A stretch of 64,000 nt of DNA from Octopus vulgaris (GCA_951406725.2 OX597815.1:70804001-70868000); one strand, 5' to 3'. Shown: positions 12,402-25,464, counted from the first letter of the stretch. Notes: generated by a model not told the origin, from the letters alone. Numbers and translations: made by a program.

Positions 12402-12692
12402 TGAGGTTGTGAGTTGGAACCCCGGACCGGGTTACGTGTTGTGTTCTTGAGCAAGACACTTTATTTCACGTTGCTCCAGTTCCCTTAGCTGTAAAAATGA
12501 GTTGCGACGTCGCAGGTACCAAGCTGTATCGGCCTTTGCCTTTCCCTTGGATAACATTAGTGGCGCGGAGAGGCGAGGCTTGTATGCTTGGGCAACTGCT
12601 GGTCTTCCATAAACAGCCTTGCCCGGACTTGTGCCTGTGAGGGTTACTTTCTAGGTGCAATCCTATGGTCAGTCATGACCAAAGGGGGTCTC
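12402..12692 (+). mobile_element. tRNA-derived SINE (family A variant), 5'-truncated
   Basis: Closely matches 36336-36627. Confidence 0.85.
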
Positions 12693-12705
12693 AGCATATT
12701 CTCAG

Positions 12706-12737
<32 letters not shown>

Positions 12738-13091
12738 GTTAAGACGAAGCGCGCGATACGATCGTAATAGATATTTTATTGGTTGAACGATATTTCGATA
12801 GTATGTCTGTCTTTGTCAAGTTCAAAATAAGAGGTGATAAAAATTCAAAATTACAGAAATTTAAAGTACGAACGAGAGCAACAAGCGTTCACACGTTGAT
12901 GAAATGACATCATCAGTCTTTAAGTAAAACGCAAAAGCTATACTTTACATTACGATTTTCTTTAGACACCCGGATGCTTTGGTAACTTCTAGAATTTCTA
13001 TATGATCCAATTCTTTTTCTGTGTACCATAAAATCAATCATCTCAATCTACTTGATTTTGGTTACAATCGAATCGCGCTCTTCGTCTTGAC
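12738..13091. mobile_element. MITE with ~25-bp TIRs and TA flanks
   Basis: GTTAAGACGAAGCGCGCGATACGAT ... ATCGAATCGCGCTCTTCGTCTTGAC, each flanked by TA. Confidence 0.75.
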
Positions 13092-13156
13092 TATATACCT
13101 TTGTGAAGAGCTACGTCAATCCTTTTTAAGATATCATCATCATCATCATCATCATC

Positions 13157-13267
<111 letters not shown>

Positions 13268-13269
13268 GT

Positions 13270-13808
13270 TGAGTGAGAGAGCAGTGCATGCCATCAAATT
13301 GGCACTGGGATGAAATAAACGAAGCCTACTATACATATCATAACTGCCCGTCTGATAAGGGTACACCAAGCACAAGCATTATAACCGCATGTGTGCTACA
13401 TGGTGATCATATCAAGATAAACAGCACATGACCTTGCAGGTGGGGCCCAGTTAGAATTTTCTTCAGGCTGAGTAGCCCATCCCGCTCAAAAGGTCCCTGA
13501 ATAAGGGTTGTTTAAGGGTGTTGAAAGAACCACCCATGTTTCCAGAGGTGAATTATTCAAACCCCAAAGAATCCCTCTCAACACATGGCTATGATGCTCC
13601 CCCACTACTTCTGCTCGTGATCAGAGATGCACATATCGTCAGCCACCTAGGGAATGCTCAACTGGTTAAGGTCAAACAACTGACAAACAAATCTGTGGTA
13701 TTGAGCAGAATATTTACTGTAGCCCATCTTTTATACCAAGACAAAACACGTACATGATAGCACTTCCAAACAGTTAAGATCAAAAGCCATGAGAGCCAGT
13801 GCCTGTAA
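13270..13808 (-). mobile_element. Non-coding retroposon 3' end with long (AAT)n tail, family unassigned
   Basis: Complex ~540-bp block whose minus-strand 3' end (..CACTGCTCTCTCACTCAAC) runs into (AAT)n at 13160-13268; bounded by (CTT)n on the other side. Confidence 0.5.
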
Positions 13809-13875
13809 TCTTCTTCTTCTTCTTCTTCTTCTTCTTCTTCTTCTTCTTCTTCTTCTTCTTCTTCTTCTTCTTCTT

Positions 13876-13976
<101 letters not shown>

Positions 13977-14007
13977 CATTATTATTATTATTATCATTAT
14001 GACTGAA

Positions 14008-14220
14008 AGCGGCGAGCTGACAGAATCGTTAACACGCCGGGGAAAATGCTTAGCGGCATTTCGTTCGTCCTTACGTTCTGAGTTAAAATTCTGCCAATGT
14101 CGACTTTACCTTTCATCCTTTCGGAGTCGATAAAATAAGTACCAGTCGAGTACTTGGGTCAGTGTAATCGACTATCTCCCACCCACAAATTTCAGGCCTT
14201 GTGCCTATAGCAGAAAAGAT
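14008..14220 (+). mobile_element. SINE family B
   Basis: GCGGCGAGCTGACAGAATCGTTA..GAGTTAAAATTC..GTCGACTTTACCTTTCATCCTTTCGGAGTCGATAAAATAAGTACCAG; ATT tail. Confidence 0.85.
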
Positions 14221-14249
14221 TATTATTATTATTATTATTATTGTTAGCT

Positions 14250-14454
14250 TGAGCGGTAGATTGGCAGAATCGTTAGAACGTCTAAAGAAATTGTTTTGCA
14301 TATTTATTCCATCTCTATATTCTGATTTCAAGTCCCATCGAAGCCAACTTTAACCTTTCATCCGTTCAGAGTCCAAAGCATCAAGTACCAGTCATGTACC
14401 CGGAGTCGACAGTCTCGAGTAACTTCTGTCCCTTAAATTGCTCGTCTTGTGCCT

Positions 14455-14455
<1 letters not shown>
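14250..14455 (+). mobile_element. SINE family B, older tandem copy
   Basis: Diverged match to 14008-14220; (CTA)n tail. Confidence 0.7.
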
Positions 14456-14511
<56 letters not shown>

Positions 14512-16235
14512 GTATTGTACTTATTTATAGTAGTGCTCGTAGTAGCAGCGGCAGCAGCTATAGTTATTATAGTTTTATTAATCAGTTTGTGTAGCATCCT
14601 AACCATTTTAGAGGGGAAACTATGCATAATGGAATCAGAGGAAGACGTAGGAAGAAAAAGAAAGAGGGAGAGAGAAAGAGAGAGAGAGAGAGAGTGAAAG
14701 AGAGAGGGAGAGAGTGAAGGAGAGAGAGAGTGTGTGAGGGAGACAGAGATAGATATGTCGTCGGGTGGTGGTGGAGACAAGAACAAAATACCAAATAAAT
14801 TGCACAAAGCCAAGCGATGGGCGCCTGTTGCTTGTTTTGGGCAATTGTTAGTTAAATATAATTGTATATATATTGGGAAGTAAGTGTATTAACCTATAGA
14901 ATATAGTTGCCAGAAATAGCAAGGAAGGTCGTTTGTCCAACACACGGGAAATACTGTAACTGCATTTAATAGAATGGAGATGAAGGAATAATTTTGAATT
15001 TCCATTGCCAAAATTTCATCTCAGAATCATTGAATAAATCTGAATATATTAATATAAATGAAATTATATGCATGTATTTAACTATGAAGTAACCACCTAA
15101 CAATATGCGTAAATACAAACGCGCGCACGCGCATGCAAATGCTCATACCTGCTCACGGACACATATAATCATGCACATATACGCATATACACGCAAATAT
15201 ATACATCATTCATACACACACACACACATACATGTATGCATGTTTGTATTCCAGTGTTTACATGTATGGACGAATGTATGCGATGATATATGTATATATA
15301 TATATATATATACATACACACATATGTATATATACATATGTAAACACACATAAATATATATATATATATATATATACATATATTACACACACAACACACA
15401 CACACACATACACACACACAAACACATACAGGATGCAGCGAAAAAATTGACGTCTAATTTACGAAAAAATTAAAATAACACCGACATCTCATTTTAACAG
15501 ATATATTAACCAAAATTACATAAAAATATCTTGAAATACCAAAGAGTAAACTTATTCAATAAAATCGTCATTGGCTTCAACCATGGCCTCCAGACAACTT
15601 CGGAATCTGTTGCAACACTTCTGGACGGTCTCCTTGTTTAAGTTGGTGAATGCTGCCATAATCGTTGCCTTCAGTTCATCTTTGGTGTTACAAGGAATTT
15701 TGTTGGTCTCTCGCTCAACTGCGCCCCACATATAATAATCAAGAGGGTTGCAGTCTGGGGAGTTAGGTGGCTAGATGTTAGGAGTGATGTGGTCGCAGAA
15801 ATTGTCTGACAGCCATGACAGGGTTCTCCTGCTTGTGTGGCATCGTTCAGAGTCCTCTTGAAAGACATAGGGTCTACCAGCAGTCGCCCTCTTGGCCCAG
15901 GGCAGCACTACCTCCTCCATGTACTTGTAGGCTTCCGTGTTGAGTTTGAGGCCATGTGGGAAGATGAATGGAGACATAACGTCGCCATCACTAGTGATCA
16001 CTCCAAACACCATGATGTTGACTGGATGTTTGATTTTTATCGCTCTTGGTACATGGCCTCAGATTACACTGTTATCAGATTGACACTCAAACACTGAAAT
16101 GTTCGTTTTGGAGCTTCCGGCACGAATGCCAAGCAGTTCAGCATGTCGTTTCCAAATTTCTGGCAGAGTGAATTGCGTCAAGGTGCTGTTTTTCTCACAG
16201 ACGGTGCCCAGCTGACCTTACTATATTGTGTAGAC

Positions 16236-17936
16236 CAGTGTTTCCCAACCTTTTTTCCCGGCGCCCCACTTTTTCATAGCAAAAGTTTTTACGCCCCACC
16301 TTTTCCCATGTCCACTCACATTTACAAGTACATGTGGGCCTACTTACAATTGAAAAAAAATCAAAGTAAAGTTCACTGAAATTTCTTTTGGAAAATTTCT
16401 TTTTCCATAATTCGAGAGCTGTAATAAATCCAAAAATCTTTGCTTTTGCATCAATAAGTGTCATGTTTGCACCTTGAAGTTGTTTATTCAAGTTTCCAAG
16501 TTTCTCAAATATGTCTGTCAAATAACTGACAAATGCTTTTCCATCCGTTGTTGACAGCAATTTCATTTCACATTTATCACTAAGAAAGTCGTTAATCTGA
16601 TCAAATAATTCCATGAACCTCTTTAAGCAGTTTCCACTTGATAGCCATCTTACTTCTGTATGAAGCAATAATCGAACATGTTCGGCACTTTGATTTATAC
16701 AAAACTGCTTAAAAAGACGTTCAGATTTAGAATTTCTTTTAATGCTGTTGACACACTTGATCACACTTTGAAGAATCTTGTTAAGAACAGGGGACAATTT
16801 CTTGGCAACCAAGTTTTCTCGGTGTATTACACAATGGACAGTCAACATGTTTGGATTTTCATCCTTCATCATTTTTAAGCATCCCGTATTCTTGCCCATC
16901 ATGGCAGGTGCACCGTCTGCCGCACATGCCAGTAAGTTTTCCTTTGGTATTTTGTTTGCATCCAAATAATGTTTGATTTTGATGTAAATATCATTTGCAG
17001 TTGTGGTGGTTTCAAACGATTCGCAGAACAGCATCTCTTCCTGAAACTCCTCGTGGTCAATATACCTCACATAAGTCAATAACAGAGCCTCACTGTCCCG
17101 GATTGTGGATTCGTCCATTTGTAATGAAAACTTACGCAATTTTAATTTCTCAATGAGCTGGCTTTCAACATCTTGCCCCATTTCATCTATTCTGTTCGAG
17201 ACAGTGTTATTACTGAGTGGCATAGTCCTGATATCTCCATCATCTTTTTGTAATACAGTTTTTAAGAATATTGAGATAGCAGGTTTAATCAGTTGCTCTC
17301 CAATAGTGTGATTCTTTCCATGTTTTGCTATAAGCAAGGAGATTTCGTAGCTGGCTTCAAGGGCACGAGTATGAGGCGCTTGTTTTGCATGAAATAGTGA
17401 AGTGAGTTTTGTTCGGTTTTTAAATTTTTCTTTCAATGATTTGAAGTATTCCAAATCTAAATTAGAATTATTAGGATGTCTTACCTTTAAGTGCGCTTCC
17501 AGCCTACCTGCCTTCATTGACTCATTGCTCATCGTCTGATTACATAATAAGCAAAACGGTTTTACGCTCATCATGCTCATCAGGAATGAATCCAAACTTC
17601 AAAAACTCCACCGCGTATTGACGAGTCTTCTTCTTGTTTGGTTTGCTCATTTTCAATAGGGCTAACAAAAGACTAATTGAGGCAAACTAATTGAGGCAAT
17701 TGATTGGCTTATCTGAATAGTAAGTTTATTGCTCAGTGCGGGATCTTCTTTGTCTCGCTGGGGTGCGAGAGTTTCCGATGTGGAGGCTTCAAAGGAAAGA
17801 CGGAATCTAAGGTTGTGCCCGCGATGACCGCTCGTCATGTACAAATATTTTCACAGCCCACGTCTATGCCCCGCGCCCCACCTGAATTTTCTCAGGCCCC
17901 ACCAGTGGGGCGTACGCCCCACCTTGGGAATCACTG
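16236..17936 (-). mobile_element. hAT transposon of the Buster/Charlie group, 3'-internally deleted
   Basis: TIRs CAGTGTTTCCCAA / TTGGGAATCACTG; perfect 8-bp TSD GTGTAGAC (16228-16235 and 17937-17944; nnnTAnnn type). Confidence 0.95.
16380..17650 (-). pseudogene. Buster-type hAT transposase (SCAND3/ZBED8-like), frameshifted and C-terminally truncated
   Basis: MSKPNKKKTRQYAVEFLKFGFIP, then a +1 frameshift near 17561 into KPFCLLC..RLEAHLKVRH (BED finger), FSLQMDEST, ADGAPAMMG, HCVIHRENL, HTEVRWLS; dimerisation domain absent. Confidence 0.9.
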
Positions 17937-18699
17937 GTGTAGACGATAAAATCAAAAACAAACGATGTAGATGCACGAAATTGAAAATGGCGACAAGTTA
18001 CCCATCACATACTGTATATATATGTAGTGAGACACGAAAGAGCTATTTTGTCGTCGTGGCATAGCACAGTCGTGCTATGCCAACTTCAACCAATTAGAGT
18101 TGGCTGCGGAAGGATACAAATAACAACATCCACCCAGCAGTATTGCGTGCCTTTTTAAAATAGCTAAGGAGTTGCAGCATTGACAACCCTAGTGACAACA
18201 TCGCCTCCTTCGACAAGCTACTATTTCAGTGCACACCACTTACGTCGCGCGACTCAATTCATGAATATCAGTTTTCACTCTGCTTCGTATAAACAACTAA
18301 AACATATGTAGTAAGTCATGCCATTTCTTCCTGTGTTGCTACACCATTTAATGGTTTTACGTACACACACAAGAAAACAAAATCTCATTACATCTTACCA
18401 GTACTTATTACAGTTAGAATCAATTAGAATGTTCTATTTTAAACCAGCCTTCGTGAACTTTCTTTATTTTCATCACTTGCAATGCAGCACACATTGGAGT
18501 CATTTATTTTAACATTTACGTGGACTTTTACACGTCAGTATCAGCTCTATCTCCAACATCACCGAACGCGCTTCATCTCCTAGTTACATCAGTAATTCTC
18601 TCAGTTATACACACACACACACATGAATATATGTGTCTGCGTTTAGAGACATATATGCATATATGTATTTATATATATATGTATACTTGTGTGATGATA

Positions 18700-18740
<41 letters not shown>

Positions 18741-18814
18741 GCACACACACGCACGCATACACACGCACGCACACACAAGCACGCACACACACACGCACGC
18801 ACGCACACACACAC

Positions 18815-19160
18815 ATATTATTAAGTAAGAAAATAGAGAGATTTAATGGATATAAATTAATTTATTAATTAATCAGCATTTCCTACAATTGTTTCAATTT
18901 ACACTCGTTACAAAGTACAAAGCATATATCTCAACTGATGTTAATTAATTGTTAATTAGTCAATGTTAATTATTGATTAATAAATGTTAATTAATTGATA
19001 AATTTATATCCATTAAATCTCTCCATTTTCTCAACAATAATATTTGATATTTATATTTTTATTGAAGAGATATATTTTAATAATATAATATATCAAACCA
19101 GTGTAACTTGGATGGAACCATCCCTATAAGAAGCTTTATATCCTCATAATGACTGAATAT
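18815..19160. repeat. Fold-back element with unique 3' extension, Penelope inverted-pLTR-like
   Basis: GAAAATAGAGAGATTTAATGGATATAAATT inverted at about 19000-19030; minus-strand GAAACAATTGTA at 18884-18895. Confidence 0.6.
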
Positions 19161-19614
19161 ATATATGTATGTATACATATACGATGAAATGTGCGTATAT
19201 ATGCATTTATATATACACACACACACGCATATATACATATACATGCACACCCATACCTACATATTTACATATATACCCAGTACATTATGAGGAAATGATG
19301 ATCATAGACATTGACAATGAAGAGGATATGTGCATGTATTAATAATGTTACATATATGCTTGATATATATATATATACGAACCTATAGATATCTATATTT
19401 GCATTTACATACTTGTGTGTGCGTTTGAGTGCATATATATGTATGTACGTGTGTATGTGTGTGAGTGCATGTGTGTGTGTAAACACACACACACACACAC
19501 ACACATACATATATATGTCACACACACTCACACAAATGTACAACTGAAATTACGTATATATACGCCGTGTATGACTGCAAGAGTTTGCACTGAGACATAC
19601 GTATATACATATTA

Positions 19615-22080
19615 CAGTGGAGAACACAATTTTCGTTGAGTTAGATCTGACACTTGTTTTCGACAAAATTTTGACTTCTGAATCTAAAAAAATGCCCCAG
19701 TGTTTCTGTATCATGTCAAATTTTTGAGCTACAGGATACCCTGAATTTATCTCAAAACCTTTAAAATATTGCGCCTAACAGATCTGTTCTTCTTTCATAG
19801 AATGTTTTAAAAATTTACATACAACGGAAAAAATATAATATTGTTTGACTGTTAAGTTTGAACAAATTTATTTTGTTAATTGAGAGGATATTTTTACTGT
19901 GAGTCAAATTTTGTGCAAATAGTTAAGATAAAAATTTGCGCTCATAGCTTTTCCTGGAGTGTTTAATTTACGTACAGTTGCACTTCAATCTCCTACAATA
20001 GTCAGTCATCGTATTTACGTCCCATCTACCCTGATAGCATTCCTCTATGACCTTCATGTGCAGGGGTGGGAATATAATTTTCGTTATGTCAACAAGTGGC
20101 TCATGTAGAAAGTTGGAATCACTAGGTTTGAGGTCAGGTCTAGGAGGTCAATTCCTCTCCACCCAATGCTTCTCTCGAGCTCTGCGGTCAAAATGAACTG
20201 AAAGCAGGGATATTTGGGATATCCGTCTAGATGACCAAGAAGGAAGCATACCATTTTAAGGTCAATACAGACAATCTAATTGTATTTGTGATATTGCAAC
20301 AACTCAATGACTCTATATCTCCACTTTATTCACAAAGACAAACTGAATGCCCAGTTGGGACTGCCTCATCTAAATTGCCATTGTGAAGGATGACATAATC
20401 TAAGCTCCGCTTTGAGCTATTGATGAAAAGTGGCCATTCGGTTGAGTTGTAGATTAGAACTTCCAGTTCCTCCAGTGAACCCTGCATGTTATGGCAATAC
20501 ACAAACCTACTGTCACTTCGAAAGTACTATAGAAATGCACTTTCCTTGGACCAAAAGTAGGATAGTTTTGTTCCTTTTTTAAGCAAGTTTTTCTCATTCA
20601 GTCTTGGTGCTAGGAATTCTGAAGCCATTTTTGATCATTCCGTATCTCGTGCAAAATCATTCAACTCGAGCTAATTTAATCCCTTGCGAAGTGGGTCATC
20701 TTTAATTTCAAAATCTGCATCATTGTTGTCACTGAGTTCTTCATCATGATCCACATCTTTAAGATGGTACTGGGATTTCAGCTGAATGAGGTACTGGATA
20801 TATAGCTGATGCTAGGCAAGAATACACGATTTTACATTTGTTTTCTTGTTATATCCTGAAGTTTTCACTAAACAAAAGTAACAGTCCGTGCAATGACCTT
20901 TTTCTCTTGCCAAGTCATAAGTGTACTAAATTCCAACTTTGATCCACATCGGAAAACTTTCGACACCCTGCTTGCACATCTTGTGAGGGGCCCAAACCTT
21001 GTTTTGATCACCAACTTTTAATAAGACTGGGCAAGATAACATATCTTTACAAATGCGCCGATGTTTAACTGGAAATGGTGAAAATGCCCTTTAACTGGGA
21101 ATGGTGAAATTGCCACAGATATAACAAAAGGAATCAGGGCTGTTTCGGCACTTACGATGAGAAGTAGCAGAAGAAGACATGATCTGAAAGAAAGGAAATA
21201 AACATTGGAATAAAAATTAAGTTGAACAGGAAAAACGAAAACAAAATCAAATGAAAAAATTACATAAGGCCTGTTAACCCATTGCATACAAACTTTTATC
21301 TATTATTTGCAGAATACTATAATAATCAGCCATATAGAGCAACCGCTGAGACCTGTAACTGCTATCCCAGATAAATTTGTGTATTCTATATAAATGTGTA
21401 TGGATATGCATCCATAAATGAACATACTTTCATCTACATTCATAAAAATACACATTACATACATATACATTCACACAAATACTGCATAAGAAAAAAGAAC
21501 AGGGTAGAAATTTAGGCCTCGGACCTCAGGAGAAAATGCCTCCACAATTCAAATCAACAATTCATTCACTTCAAAACCTTGCCATCTCTCCTCCACTGCA
21601 CAAATCTCTTCTCTGGCCTCCTAACATCGAATCCTCTGCTCAAAAGTGTTTGTTACTCCCATATCTTGGCCATATTCATGAAATTTCATGCATCTTAGCA
21701 CCAAGCCTCCTTCCAGCTTCCATCTTGAAACAGCAACTTGACTCTTAAGGATTGAAGATCAGCTGAGGCATCTGATTGGTCAATAATCGGGACTTACTTT
21801 TTGGAGGGAGATTTGAACCTGACTATAGTCTGCCATCTTTTGAAACTAAATCACCAGATCGGAAAAATTCTCACTCCTTATCAACAAAGTTATAAATGCA
21901 ATCAGCTGACCAAACAATACAATTGTGCTTATTCAGAAAGTAAGCTGTAGTAAAAAAACTCTCCAAAACTTGACGTGATAGAAAACTGACTGTAGTTTTG
22001 AAATCAGCAGGCCAATTTTCAGTAGAATCAAGTGAAATATTGAACTCAACGGAAATTATATTTAAAATTGTTCCCCAGTG
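19615..22080 (-). mobile_element. Chapaev3-like (CMC group) DNA transposon, internally deleted
   Basis: Termini CA(G/C)TGG.GAACA, 3-bp TSD TTA at both ends; minus-strand KVGDQNKVWAPHKMCKQ, HCTDCYFCLVKTSGYN, EWPLFINSSKRSL..ILHNG, KIIFPPLHMK. Confidence 0.8.
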
Positions 22081-24008
22081 TTATTTACTGCTGCAATGTT
22101 ATGTCAGTTCATAACAATTGATGCAGTCTGAGCAAAACAGCAAACGCAGCCGTATAAAATGTTGTTTATTTGCACTTGGACCAAATCTTTTGTAAAGGAG
22201 TGTAAAATATGTCTGATTTGATTTTCACTGTTTCATCTTCGGGGAGAGAAATCAAAAAGTGCTGAAACCGTCCAGTATATTCATATATATATATTTTCAA
22301 AATATTCTTATTACATACGCACACAATTACTTGCACACTATCGTAGAAAACGCATACACAGATATATGTGCAAATATAAATGAACTGGGAATGATTATTA
22401 TTGAAAATGGTCAGAACGGATTCTTCTCTTAGGTCGATTATTATTTTATCTCAGAAATAATCAACCTAAACGTAAAAATGTGACCAAATTTAAAACTGCA
22501 ATGCCTCGGTTTAACATAGATAACTTAAGTTTTGGCTATTATTGGTTTACATATGATCTAAGCGCCACTAGGAAGTAGTTTTTCTAAGGTATATTTTAGG
22601 GCATCATGTCCCACCCGAGTAAGAAGTTGCTGTTTACTGAGATGTAATAAAGTGTTGGTGGCTCGTCTGGTATTTCTTGGAGTAATATTTTCGCGTACCG
22701 TTTGAATGTTATTGGCTCTTTTTTCTTTGATTTCTTTCTGAATAAATTCTAAATGAAAAAGAATCTGTTTAGGTAAAACAGTTGTATCGCAATGTCATGT
22801 GATATGAGGGTGATTTTTGTTGGGGAATATAGTTCTGGAGTCCAGCTTTAGTTGATTTATGAACTTGATATCAACCGTATTTGAATAGCGCTGATGGAAT
22901 ATTTTCGATATTGTATAAATAGTGGAGTGCTCACTGAATCGTTAGGAAGAATAAAATTTGAGTTTTTTGAGACCATCTCAATAATCAATGCTTGTCATAC
23001 TGTTTTTCTGAGCCATCTTTGGTGTGCTTCAATTCTTACAATGTTTTGTTATGTGTAGGAAGACTATAATGGATAGCAATAATCAGTTTAAAAAATACAG
23101 CAATAATAATTCCATCTTTGGCACTGCATCTTCATTGTAACGAAGGTAGCTGATAATCTGCTCTGTTACAATAAAAGTACTTGATATTTTATCAACCTCA
23201 GACGGCTGAAGAAGGTAACTTGACATTTACGGGATTTGAACTTCAAACGTAAATGGTCGTAAATATTGTAAAGCATGTATTTTGGTACAACCGTTTTTGA
23301 TCACCCGATCACCCAAGCATCCTGGCGAAAACGATAAAGATCTAATTAACGAATAAATCTCTACGAGGTTGGTCATCTGCTAGATATAGCAGCGATATCT
23401 TTCTAAAATTACTCACTACAATCTTAAGAAGAGGATACGTTTCTTAATACACTACACTATTCCTGGAAAATAAAACGGATTAGTCATGGATGGAACACCA
23501 TTTATCACGTGTTTGTTCGGTCAGAGCTGAATTGGGATTAAATAACAACGGAGATAAATTCTAAAGCTATTATTAGAATATTTACCAAGGTACAGTGATA
23601 TAAATATGTAAAGGTTGTATGCATTTGATTAAAACATCATCCACAGAATAATAAAATATTGATCGTTTGGTGAAGTGGAAAGCACAGCCAACCAATAGAA
23701 ATCTGCTAAAAATGACTACCACTGTTTAATAACAGCCAACATTCCACTTTCTCTTATTTTCAATCTACTGAAACAATACTAGGTCCCATTGCAAAATGTT
23801 CAAAATCAGCTAAGCATTGTTTTTGCTTAAAAATCTATTTAAAAAGTCACGTCTCGAGGTGAAGCATATATAAAACATTTCATATACTCATTACAAAACC
23901 TATCTTTACTTTCCTGAAATACCTTTTAAATATCTGTTACTTATCTACTCGCAACTTCTAATGCAAACAGGAAAAATAGGACTCAAAACAGGAGTATATG
24001 TATATTTT

Positions 24009-24146
24009 TATTAATAGTTAGCGGAAAGAACAGATTGACTCAAGTTCCGAGAGTTTAATGTGCGTTGACACTTATCAAAATGATAAGTGCCAACGCACGA
24101 AACTCTCGACCTTAAGTCGCTCTGTTGCTTCTGCTAAATATTAATA
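24009..24146. repeat. Short fold-back with degenerate hammerhead-like core
   Basis: Arms of about 68 bp, apex near 24079; (T/A)TGATAA-GTGC caac GCAC-GAAAC. Confidence 0.75.
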
Positions 24147-24149
24147 TAC

Positions 24150-24180
<31 letters not shown>

Positions 24181-24198
24181 TGTATGTATGTATGTATG

Positions 24199-24271
<73 letters not shown>

Positions 24272-24360
24272 TAAATATCCTGGAAACAGTTGTAAGACCT
24301 TCTATCTATAAATGTTCTAAAATCTACACTGCCTTGGTTTTTTATCTCATTACGAAAAAC

Positions 24361-24412
<52 letters not shown>

Positions 24413-24524
24413 ATATATATATATATTTACATTTTGCCCCATACTTAATGTAAATATATTGTGATTGGCAAGCTTTACTGCTGCACTCACCCAGAGATAT
24501 CTCCCACGGCTGTATATATGTATA

Positions 24525-24780
24525 CCTTTTATCTTTTACGTGTTTCAGTCATTGAACAGCGACCATACTGAGGCAACGTCTTGAAGGGTTTAGTTGGAAA
24601 ATAATCAACTCAAGTACATTTTTTTTCAAGTCTAGTATCTCTTCTGTCGGCCTGTTTTGCTGAACCACTAAATTTCGGGGACGTAAACAAACAAACAAAC
24701 AAACAAACACCGACTGCAATCAGTGTAAAGGAAGAAACATAAACGCGGGCACATGCATGCATATAGGGGAACAAATACAA
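24525..24780 (-). mobile_element. SINE family C, 3' part
   Basis: TTTTATCTTTTAC.TGTTTCAGTCATT..GGGGACGTAAACA matches 40315-40500. Confidence 0.7.
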
Positions 24781-24797
24781 GCGCACACACATGTTTA

Positions 24798-25464
24798 CGA
24801 GGGGAAGTAAAAAATTATCCGCAATTTTGCCATAACATATATGTTTATTATTGCCACACTGCCTTCTGTGGATGCGGGCTAATAGTTGGTAATATCGTGG
24901 TCACGTGAGCGAAGTTTGAGTCTGATCGCGCCATTTTCCTCTCTGGCTTTACAGTGTAAGCATGGCTGTTCCACTAGCAATTTGTACCAAAGAAGAACAC
25001 AGAGCAGTGATCCGAGACAGGGTAATGGTGAACCGGTTCACAATTACCATCTCTCGAGCTTGCTGAATCTTCTCGTCAGTGGCAGAGGTTGACGAATTTC
25101 CTGCTCCCTCTTCGCGCGTCACGCTTATCCGGTGACTGTTAAACTTCTCGATCCGCTCATACACACTTCTATGCGGTAGTGCTGTCCCCGTATTGTGCTA
25201 AAAGCCTCCGGTAAATTTCAGTACCTGACACACCTTTCGACCATAGAAGTCGGACCACTGCTCTTTGTTCTTCTTTGGTGCACATTGTTAGTGGAGCGGC
25301 CATGCTTACATTGTAAAGCCACATAGTAAAATGGTGCGATCAGGCTCAAATTTCGATCACGTGACCTCAGTAGTACCGACTATAAGCACGCATACGCAGA
25401 AGGCAGTGTGACAATAATAAAGATATGTTATGGCGAAAGTGCGGATAATTTTTGAATTCCTCTT

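Larger units (their letters stand above)
15429..18014 (-). mobile_element. Tc1/mariner DD37D (maT-type) transposon, internally deleted, split by a hAT insertion
   Basis: MVFGVITSDG..FQED-(37 aa)-D within PPNSPDCNPLDY; degenerate TIRs CAGGATGCAGCG.. / ..CATCACATACTG with TA flanks. Confidence 0.88.

Noticed and set aside
13330-13660. Possible hammerhead cores (CTGATAAG on plus, CTGACGA on minus) in the AAT-tailed element
   Set aside because: No correctly placed GAAA or pairing stems
16195-17595. 466-aa ORF as a domesticated host gene (SCAND3/ZBED8)
   Set aside because: Bounded by TIRs and a perfect TSD, frameshifted at the N-terminus, C-terminally deleted, and reading through the TIR
22500-23100. 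Possible Penelope N-terminal coding remnant
   Set aside because: No motif I could confidently translate
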